From IMG/VR virus record IMGVR_UViG_3300034126_000013: a stretch of 13,585 bases of DNA, one strand, 5' to 3'. This stretch comes from a virus (Duplodnaviria; Heunggongvirae; Uroviricota; Caudoviricetes). Every line of letters begins with the position of its first letter. Positions within the stretch are counted from its first letter, which is position 1. The position numbers were made by a program, and so were the translations under genes. A model generated the notes under the pieces. It ran no database searches. It was given only the letters and a program-made list of their open reading frames with translations, and was not told the origin of the DNA. Shown one piece after another: positions 1 to 5,040 of this stretch.

Positions 1-594
1 GTAACGAATAACACCGTTCTTATCTGGATCAGCAATACCATGTTGAGGATGACCTTCTGGATACAACCACCACTTCACCCAATCAAACAAGAAGCTGTCA
101 GGATCAGGGTTGCAGGATAACCAGATTGAAGGGTTAAGATCAGCAGCAGTACGAAGTCGAGACACCAACCACCAGATATGTTCCTCACTGGCGTGTGTCG
201 CTTCGTCATAGAAAACGTTTGAGAGTTGAAGACCTTGATACTGTTGTCCGGCTGCATCGTTCTCATAGTGAGAGAATGTTACCGAAGCACCAGAAGGGAA
301 AACCAGTTTCTGATCTTTCCATTTGATCTTCAAGTCGGGGAATACTTTCTGATACAGTGCGATTGCTTCTTGGAACAAACCGCCTGCTTTCATAAGTGTG
401 GTACTGTTCTTTCGAATACAGTAACCATTGTAATTTGGATCATGCGCCCAACGTAAGTGACGCATCAAACCGACATAACTCTTAGAGCTACCGGCTGCAC
501 CACCAACTACCAGAATCTTTGCATTTGATTTCAGGTACTTCTCTTGGAAGGGGGATTGTGGACGCACCATCTGGACTTCATGCTTAGTTTCCAT
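1..594 (-). CDS. terL: Terminase large subunit (N-terminal ATPase domain; runs off the window edge)
   Basis: Not in the ORF track; translated by hand from ATG at 594: METKHEVQMVRPQSPFQEKYLKSNAKILVVGGAAGSSKSYVGL...VFYDEATH...WLSCNPDPDS. Walker A-like GGAAGSSKS, Walker B VFYDE and coupling-motif-like SCNP; frame open to position 1; SD GGAGA 6 nt upstream. Confidence 0.93.
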   Translation of the reverse strand, partial: METKHEVQMVRPQSPFQEKYLKSNAKILVVGGAAGSSKSYVGLMRHLRWAHDPNYNGYCIRKNSTTLMKAGGLFQEAIALYQKVFPDLKIKWKDQKLVFPSGASVTFSHYENDAAGQQYQGLQLSNVFYDEATHASEEHIWWLVSRLRTAADLNPSIWLSCNPDPDSFLFDWVKWWLYPEGHPQHGIADPDKNGVIRY

Positions 595-606
595 TGGTGT
601 TCTCCG

Positions 607-628
607 GGGAGACAATTTCTTATCTCCC
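607..628 (-). promoter_or_regulatory. 9-bp hairpin with GAAA tetraloop in the terL 5' leader, next to the SD
   Basis: Minus strand GGGAGAUAA-GAAA-UUGUCUCCC (one U.G pair), followed by C and the SD GGAGA. Confidence 0.55.
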
Positions 629-639
629 TATAAGTGACC

Positions 640-668
640 ATATTAAAGGATAATCGTTTATTTGTCAA
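640..668 (-). promoter_or_regulatory. sigma70-like promoter for terL
   Basis: TTGACA-17 nt-TAATAT on the minus strand in the intergenic gap. Confidence 0.65.
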
Positions 669-673
669 GAGGC

Positions 674-1108
674 TTATGCAAATTTAGCAAGATATTCTTT
701 AATCATTTTATCTTTACCGCGACCAACTACACCAACTTCCTTACAAACAGCACGGAACTCAGTTTCAAAGTCCATTTCCAATAGCTGTTCTTTTGTATAT
801 GGGGCACCAGAAACATTAGAGTTATCTACTTTATCTTCGTCGCTATCCATTGAAAAGGTTGCAGCAATAGCAGCAGGTTTCGGATTGATAACTTCTTGGC
901 AAGTATCAGCATGGAATACACGGATGCAAGCGCTGGTGTAAGGGGCTTCCTCTGCTTCCAGAATCATGCTCACACTGTGTGGGAAGCGCATTGCAGGGAT
1001 AGTACCGGGTTTCATTACAGCACCCATATTGGCGAGCATGATAACGTTCTCGATCATGTTCATACCAAGGGAGTCGGAACTGGTTACGTGGATGTGATAC
1101 TTGTTCAT
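674..1108 (-). CDS. Hypothetical protein between terS and terL (144 aa)
   Basis: ORF with SD GAGGA; co-oriented with neighbours; acidic linker and a short helical C-terminal segment; no family recognised. Confidence 0.8.
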   Translation of the reverse strand: MNKYHIHVTSSDSLGMNMIENVIMLANMGAVMKPGTIPAMRFPHSVSMILEAEEAPYTSACIRVFHADTCQEVINPKPAAIAATFSMDSDEDKVDNSNVSGAPYTKEQLLEMDFETEFRAVCKEVGVVGRGKDKMIKEYLAKFA

Positions 1109-1118
1109 TGTTTATTCC

Positions 1119-1559
1119 TCAATTAAATGTTTGGTTGTCCATATCCATACTGAATGCACCAGTTGCAGTTGCTTCAGCGGATTGGTTTTCTTCAAGTTGG
1201 CGTGCGTCTTCAGCATTACCTTTATCACGAACACCAAGAATTGCCATCTCTTCACGCAGACAGGTGTTGTTTAGGGATTCGATCTTGTTGACAACAAACT
1301 TAGCCATGTCAACTTTCTCTTTAGTCATCTGAGTAGGTTCACCGGCACTATTCTTACCAGTCATACTAATACGCAGAATCTCTAGAGCATCAGGTTGTAA
1401 CTCACAAAGTTTAGCAAGTTGCGTTCGCATTTTGGATCGTGGGTTTTTCTTTCCAGTTCCCTTTGGTCGTCCGGCAGGATTACCAGATATACCGGGTTGG
1501 AATCGGGTGTCTCGTTCTTCATGTAAAGGTGATTCACCCATATCTTCGTAATGGCTCAT
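1119..1559 (-). CDS. Probable terminase small subunit (DUF5681-like motif)
   Basis: RFQPGISGNPAGRPKG motif typical of DUF5681/TerS N-termini; SD GGAGGT; lies upstream of terL. Confidence 0.65.
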   Translation of the reverse strand: MSHYEDMGESPLHEERDTRFQPGISGNPAGRPKGTGKKNPRSKMRTQLAKLCELQPDALEILRISMTGKNSAGEPTQMTKEKVDMAKFVVNKIESLNNTCLREEMAILGVRDKGNAEDARQLEENQSAEATATGAFSMDMDNQTFN

Positions 1560-1585
1560 AATACCTCCGATATGTCAAGTGTTTC

Positions 1586-1614
1586 ATTCTACTTGTAAAT
1601 GTGTTATTTGTCAA
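1586..1614 (-). promoter_or_regulatory. sigma70-like promoter for the terS operon
   Basis: TTGACA-17 nt-TAGAAT; shares TTGACAAATAA with the terL promoter. Confidence 0.8.
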
Positions 1615-1633
1615 TACCATAAAGTACAGACGC

Positions 1634-1664
1634 AAAAAAGCCCCGCGATTAAGCGAGGCTTTTT
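1634..1664 (-). terminator. Intrinsic terminator ending the tRNA-array transcript (possibly bidirectional)
   Basis: Minus strand GCCUCGC-UUAAUC-GCGGGGC followed by UUUUUU; A/T runs on both sides. Confidence 0.85.
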
Positions 1665-1700
1665 GTAAAACTACAATTCCTTGTCGGGTAATTGTTTTGA

Positions 1701-1822
1701 TTTGATGCTCGGTTCACGGTGCAGGTTACTTAGACCCGAATTTTTATCACTGACACATCAAATGGGCGCAGATGCAGGTCCTTTTAACCTAATCGTTTAA
1801 GAGTGTCCACCACTCTCTGCAT
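1701..1822 (-). ncRNA. Unknown bipartite structured RNA, copy 2 (module A 1763-1822, module B 1701-1762)
   Basis: A: AUGCAG/CUGCAU closing stem, GAGUG/CACUC hairpin, GGUUAAAAGG motif. B: UGAUGU/GCAUCA, GUCA, UAAAA, UCGG/CCGA. Homologous to 1829-1953. Confidence 0.55.
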
Positions 1823-1828
1823 AATCAA

Positions 1829-1953
1829 TTTGATACTCGGTAGCTTAACATGACCGTACCGATAACTTTTACATGACATATCAGAATTTCAAGGTTACCT
1901 GTGAGGACTTTTACCCCAGTGCATTACGCTAGTTACAACGCAGAACCCTCACA
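1829..1953 (-). ncRNA. Unknown bipartite structured RNA, copy 1 (module A 1900-1953, module B 1829-1885)
   Basis: A: UGUGAGG/CCUCACA stem, internal hairpin, GGGUAAAAGU motif. B: UGAUAU/GUAUCA, GUCA, UAAAA, UCGGUA/UACCGA. Confidence 0.55.
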
Positions 1954-1992
1954 TTGTACTGTTGTCTTACTTGATCGTCACCAAGTCTTGTT

Positions 1993-2080
1993 TGGCAGTA
2001 GATGAGTGATTCGAACACTCGGAGCTTTTACACTCGACGGTTTAGCAAACCGTTACATTAAGCCACTCTGTCAATCTACT
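1993..2080 (-). tRNA. tRNA-Ser(GCU)
   Basis: AGUAGAU/AUCUACU acceptor, anticodon loop UUGCUAA, long variable arm, T loop UUCGAAU, G73, CCA. Confidence 0.95.
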
Positions 2081-2084
2081 ATAT

Positions 2085-2175
2085 TGGCGGAAAGCAGAGG
2101 AGTCGAACCCCATCCACATAAGTAGAACCTAGTTTTCAAGACTAGTCGCAGGCCAACCCCGCTGCTTTACTTTCC
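2085..2175 (-). tRNA. tRNA-Ser(UGA), atypical D region
   Basis: GGAAAGU/GCUUUCC acceptor, CUAGU-CUUGAAA-ACUAG, long variable arm, T loop UUCGACU, G73, CCA; AAA connector instead of U8-A9. Confidence 0.9.
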
Positions 2176-2283
2176 ATATCGCGTTTGCTGCCATTATTAC
2201 CAAGCGGCTAAACCCTATGGGTACACGGCGAGGCTGGTACGATTACCTCATCTACTTAAAGACTAATAACCTTTTCAACAAAT

Positions 2284-2359
2284 TGGTCACCCCTGAAGGA
2301 CTCGAACCTTCGACTTCTCAGTTCCAAACCGAGCACTCTACCAACTGAGCTAAGAGGAG
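2284..2359 (-). tRNA. tRNA-Pro(UGG)
   Basis: 76-nt cloverleaf, C1-G72, anticodon loop UUUGGAA, A73, CCA. Confidence 0.95.
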
Positions 2360-2366
2360 TTTTAAT

Positions 2367-2451
2367 TGGTGGTTCATCTAGGACTCGAACCTAGGATGTA
2401 TCAATGTGCCGGGTTACAGCCGGTCGTCTTCGCCGCTCGACGCAATGAACC
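2367..2451 (-). tRNA. tRNA-Tyr(GUA)
   Basis: GGUUCAU/AUGAACC acceptor, loop CUGUAAC, long variable region, CUAGG-UUCGAGU-CCUAG, CCA. Confidence 0.95.
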
Positions 2452-2480
2452 ATATTTATTTTAACAAGCGATATTCTCAA

Positions 2481-2574
2481 GCCTGTTTGAATTAGTACCG
2501 GGATATTTCAGTATGTACTAGTATTTAACTTCATATCCCTGTTGAGCTTACCTTATTCATTCCAAGTAACAGAC
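2481..2574 (-). ncRNA. Putative pseudoknotted RNA in the tRNA array
   Basis: Four helices by hand: GUCUGUU/AACAGGC, UGAAU/AUUCA, GGGAUAU/AUAUCCC, and loop UAGUAC pairing with downstream GUACUA. Confidence 0.45.
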
Positions 2575-2579
2575 GTATT

Positions 2580-2652
2580 CACGTAAGCAGGGAATCGAAC
2601 CCTAATAAGTTATCTCACATAATGGGGCGTATACCCCGTTCGCTATTGTTGA
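2580..2652 (-). pseudogene. Degenerate tRNA (His GUG-like) with intact D and T arms
   Basis: 73-nt canonical spacing; D arm GCG/CGC with GG; T arm UAGGG-UUCGAUU-CCCUG; U-GUG-A at the anticodon position; acceptor and anticodon stems do not pair; no CCA. Confidence 0.55.
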
Positions 2653-2710
2653 CTTAAGTCGAATAGCATTTCTACGAATTCGTGAAGCAGTTTAACGTCG
2701 TGTTCAGGAC

Positions 2711-2809
2711 AACATTCAATAAAGCGCTTTAATCCACTAAGCTATCAGCCCTGTTAGGCGGGCCGTCCGAGACAAGGGACTTGAACCCAAGTTCTCTTTA
2801 TCAAAAGTT
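2711..2809 (-). ncRNA. Circularly permuted tRNA-like RNA (YrlA/Y-RNA-like topology)
   Basis: 5'->3': long stem strand, UAAAG, variable AGAAC, T arm (loop UUCAAGU), 7-nt insert, closed acceptor hairpin CGGCCC/GGGCUG, UA, D arm GCUU-AGUGGAUUA-AAGC, G, CUUUA closing onto UAAAG. The closing stem has 14 positions with one U.U mismatch. Confidence 0.7.
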
Positions 2810-2812
2810 TAC

Positions 2813-2938
2813 TTACGAAACCACTTTACCGGAGTAAGGGTTTTTACCTTTCAGACCTTTGTTCGGATGGCCTTTCGACTTCTCCTTACTCTTTTCGATC
2901 TTGGTGTGTTCTTTTGTTGCATCGTAAAACTTAGTCAT
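2813..2938 (-). CDS. 41-aa Lys-rich small protein or leader peptide
   Basis: SD AAAGGAG 8 nt before ATG; MTKFYDATKEHTKIEKSKEKSKGHPNKGLKGKNPYSGKVVS (11 Lys); below the ORF-track cutoff. Confidence 0.6.
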   Translation of the reverse strand: MTKFYDATKEHTKIEKSKEKSKGHPNKGLKGKNPYSGKVVS

Positions 2939-2967
2939 CTTTACAACTCCTTTCTCTCTTTAATGTT

Positions 2968-3043
2968 TGGCTCCCCCGACACGACTCGAACGTGTGACCA
3001 CGGTATTAACAGTACCGCGCTCTACCAACTGAGCTACAGAGGA
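2968..3043 (-). tRNA. tRNA-Asn(GUU)
   Basis: UCCUCUG acceptor, CGGUA-CUGUUAA-UACCG, G73, CCA. Confidence 0.96.
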
Positions 3044-3052
3044 ATATTTGTT

Positions 3053-3127
3053 TGGTGCGGGTACAGAGACTTGAACTCTGACAGACGACTTGGAAGGACG
3101 CCATGCTACCAATTACATCATACACGC
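3053..3127 (-). tRNA. tRNA-Gly(UCC)
   Basis: GCGUGUA acceptor, loop CUUCCAA, CAGAG-UUCAAGU-CUCUG, CCA; A73 and two stem mismatches. Confidence 0.88.
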
Positions 3128-3134
3128 TTTTCTT

Positions 3135-3212
3135 TGGTGGGCCAAGGCGGATTTGAACCGCTCCTTCTTCCTGTTATGAGCAGGTAGCTTTAACCGATTA
3201 AGCTATAAGCCC
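3135..3212 (-). tRNA. tRNA(CAU), probably Ile2 (lysidine) rather than Met
   Basis: G1-C72 (not initiator), loop CUCAUAA, C4-G69 and C29-G41 (Ile2-like features), A73, CCA. Confidence 0.85.
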
Positions 3213-3223
3213 ATTTACTTATT

Positions 3224-3301
3224 TGGCAGATCGACTCCGATTCGAACAGAGAATGCAAGGATTTGGAATCCCGCCGTTGACCAATTAAACATTACCGACC
3301 T
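3224..3301 (-). tRNA. tRNA-Trp(CCA)
   Basis: A1-U72 acceptor AGGUCGG/UCGAUCU, loop UUCCAAA, T loop UUCGAAU, G73, CCA. Confidence 0.92.
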
Positions 3302-3316
3302 GTATCTACTAATTTG

Positions 3317-3364
3317 TTGTTGTGATTCGGAAGGCCAATCCTCACTAACGTCGAATCACAACAA
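3317..3364 (-). repeat. Perfect 13-bp inverted repeat in the tRNA operon leader (candidate RNase III-type processing stem)
   Basis: ttgttgtgattcg (3317-3329) / cgaatcacaacaa (3352-3364), 22-nt loop. The processing role is inference. Confidence 0.6.
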
Positions 3365-3455
3365 GCAATCCCGCACATCACCTGATTCCTTAGAGGAGAG
3401 GGCTAAGTACCAATTCATCAGTTTGGGAATGCTCTTTTGTCTGGATATACGGTCC

Positions 3456-3484
3456 ATTATATAGAAACACTCCCATCCTGTCAA
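3456..3484 (-). promoter_or_regulatory. Consensus sigma70 promoter driving the tRNA array
   Basis: TTGACA-17 nt-TATAAT, followed by a GC-rich discriminator GGACCG. Confidence 0.92.
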
Positions 3485-3493
3485 GACCTATTT

Positions 3494-3541
3494 TCAAATA
3501 TCTGGCCTTTCATCTAAACCATCGTACTCTTCTTTAAACAT
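3494..3541 (-). CDS. Putative 15-aa acidic micro-ORF (MFKEEYDGLDERPDI)
   Basis: Strong SD GGAGGAG 5 nt upstream; overlaps the end of the 3534-3728 ORF. Confidence 0.4.
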   Translation of the reverse strand: MFKEEYDGLDERPDI

Positions 3542-3728
3542 TGTGACTCCTCCGCTTATAGCATGACGAACGTTCGGTCAAGCTTTCATGTGCATATTCA
3601 AACCGGAAGTTGCGACCTTCTGAATCTTCATCGACTGATAGCAAATCAATATCAGAATCTGATTCAAGCAGATCATTTACAGCTTCCAGTTCTTTCATTA
3701 CGTCTTCGTAGCTATTGGGCTTATTCAC
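3534..3728 (-). CDS. Hypothetical acidic protein (64 aa)
   Basis: GTG start, AAGGAA upstream, promoter directly upstream. Confidence 0.55.
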   Translation of the reverse strand: MNKPNSYEDVMKELEAVNDLLESDSDIDLLSVDEDSEGRNFRFEYAHESLTERSSCYKRRSHNV

Positions 3729-3765
3729 ATCTTGGTTTCCTTCTGTCGAGTTAATAGAGACTCAC

Positions 3766-3795
3766 ACTCTACACCCTTTTGTCGGAAATTGTCAA
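3766..3795 (-). promoter_or_regulatory. sigma70-like promoter
   Basis: TTGACA-18 nt-TAGAGT. Confidence 0.5.
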
Positions 3796-4091
3796 GACCT
3801 ACTAACAACCCAGTTGACAGCAGCAGCAATTACATCGCCGTGACAAGCTTGCGGGGCACAGAAGCAACCCAGACGCTTCCCATGAAGTGCACGAAGGTCA
3901 TCGGGAGTTACGAAACCCTCTTTCATCTGGTGCCATAAATATTCTTTGTACGCAGCGACAGCCTCTTCACGTGTCTCAACCTTGTGGCTGGCTTTTGTTT
4001 CAGGCATGTGGCTGAATGGGTTACCCCACTTGCTCCCGCGCCCAATATAAATATCGTATTCACTTTTGTATTTGTTCACTACCGTACACAT
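3792..4091 (-). CDS. DUF4326 domain protein
   Basis: YIGRGSKWGNPF...LGCFCAPQACHGDVI signature. Confidence 0.88.
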   Translation of the reverse strand: MCTVVNKYKSEYDIYIGRGSKWGNPFSHMPETKASHKVETREEAVAAYKEYLWHQMKEGFVTPDDLRALHGKRLGCFCAPQACHGDVIAAAVNWVVSRS

Positions 4092-4094
4092 AAA

Positions 4095-4262
4095 TCACCA
4101 TTGATCAAAGGAGCTACAAGGCTCGTCTAAGCCACTCATTGTGAATTCTGGGTCATGATCCACCTTGAACGTCAGAACGTCTCCTGAGTGTGTTGTGAAG
4201 CTTGCAGAACCGCATGTGGAGTCAGCCAACACAGCACCACCAAAGAAATCGTTATCACGCAT
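4095..4262 (-). CDS. Hypothetical protein (55 aa)
   Basis: Hand-translated MRDNDFFGGAVLADSTCGS...SFDQW; TGATG overlap with the upstream ORF; fills the gap exactly. Confidence 0.65.
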   Translation of the reverse strand: MRDNDFFGGAVLADSTCGSASFTTHSGDVLTFKVDHDPEFTMSGLDEPCSSFDQW

Positions 4263-4510
4263 CACAAAATTACCTCGCTTTCAGTTACAGAGAATTTATC
4301 CAGACCATTTCGCATCCGTTCAATAAGTCTGACATCAACTCCTTTCTCGGTCAACACCTTTTTACTATCTTCGAACCGATTCTGTTCTTCTGCCATATAC
4401 CAATCTCGCAGGTATTCTGCTACCTCTTTGCGTACACACCGATGCAGAACAGTCATAGCGTGTGAGTCATGAAGGATTACATCGTAGGTGTAAATAATAC
4501 CGTCGTTCAT
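4262..4510 (-). CDS. Hypothetical protein (82 aa)
   Basis: ATGA overlap with the upstream ORF; SD GGAG. Confidence 0.75.
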   Translation of the reverse strand: MNDGIIYTYDVILHDSHAMTVLHRCVRKEVAEYLRDWYMAEEQNRFEDSKKVLTEKGVDVRLIERMRNGLDKFSVTESEVIL

Positions 4511-4716
4511 TTTCCTATCTCCATTTGTCGAATGCTGATCAGTTTAATGTTCTTCTTGATAATGTCAAGAACTACTTTATCATCAATCTGCATTTCGTTG
4601 CAGCAGCTACACTTATGCTGAACACTACCCAACATCTGATACATCTTACGCTTTACACCTTTCAATCTCTTAGCTGGAAGGCTGTACACAAACAAAATAC
4701 TCAATGGTTCAATCAC
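4507..4716 (-). CDS. Hypothetical protein (69 aa, CxCC motif)
   Basis: GTG start 6 nt after AGGAGA; promoter directly upstream. Confidence 0.65.
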   Translation of the reverse strand: MIEPLSILFVYSLPAKRLKGVKRKMYQMLGSVQHKCSCCNEMQIDDKVVLDIIKKNIKLISIRQMEIGK

Positions 4717-4746
4717 TTCATTTCTCCTATCTGGTCGATGTCGCTC

Positions 4747-4774
4747 ATTCTACATGGTGTGTCAGTAAAGTCAA
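4747..4774 (-). promoter_or_regulatory. sigma70-like promoter
   Basis: TTGACT-16 nt-TAGAAT. Confidence 0.6.
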
Positions 4775-4821
4775 TAGCTTTTTGTTTTATTTCTCTGCTT
4801 GTGTACACCCATAACATCTGT

Positions 4822-4960
4822 TAAAATAATATATTAAAGAATTACATATATCTAAAAGATATAATAATAGTAGTAAAGATAAAGAAAGAGATATAAAGAT
4901 AACGTAGTGTTATCACACTACAAGAAAGAGCAGAAGCAAGATCAAGATCAAAAGCTCTTG
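4822..4960. other. Non-coding AT-rich, purine-skewed tract with inverted repeats (candidate origin or regulatory region)
   Basis: AAAGATAAAGAAAGAGATATAAAGAT tract, CAAGAT x2, GTAGTGT-TATC-ACACTAC hairpin, ATATCT-AAA-AGATAT; no convincing ORF. Confidence 0.4.
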
Positions 4961-4966
4961 AACTGC

Positions 4967-4995
4967 ATTATACGGATGTGTACGCATTCTGTCAA
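4967..4995 (-). promoter_or_regulatory. Consensus sigma70 promoter (leftward)
   Basis: TTGACA-17 nt-TATAAT. Confidence 0.88.
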
Positions 4996-5040
4996 GAGGC
5001 AAAAACCTATCGATTGGTGAAAGCTGATAGAAAATATCAA

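Noticed and set aside
1701-1953. CRISPR-like mini-array
   Set aside because: The units are diverged, internally base-paired modules rather than identical repeats with unique spacers.
1888-1992. Possible theta/HDV-like or twister ribozyme 3' of tRNA-Ser(GCU)
   Set aside because: No pyrimidine L3 to pair with the GG after P1, the element is not flush with the tRNA 3' end, and twister L1/L4 consensus cannot be assembled. Kept only as unknown RNA.
2867-3187. 106-aa plus-strand ORF
   Set aside because: Antisense shadow of tRNA genes; no SD or promoter.
3380-3425. CUGAUGA hammerhead core in the tRNA leader
   Set aside because: No stem II directly after it and no GAAA in the required position.
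3430-3441. boxA-like TGCTCTTT
   Set aside because: Lies on the plus strand, opposite to the tRNA transcript.
4713-4817. 34-aa minus-strand ORF and the nested ATG-AAG-TGA minigene
   Set aside because: The ORF has no SD and spans a promoter; the minigene ATG is too close to the SD, so the GTG at 4716 is the better start.
4909-4917. DnaA-box-like TTATCACAC
   Set aside because: Does not match TTWTNCACA.
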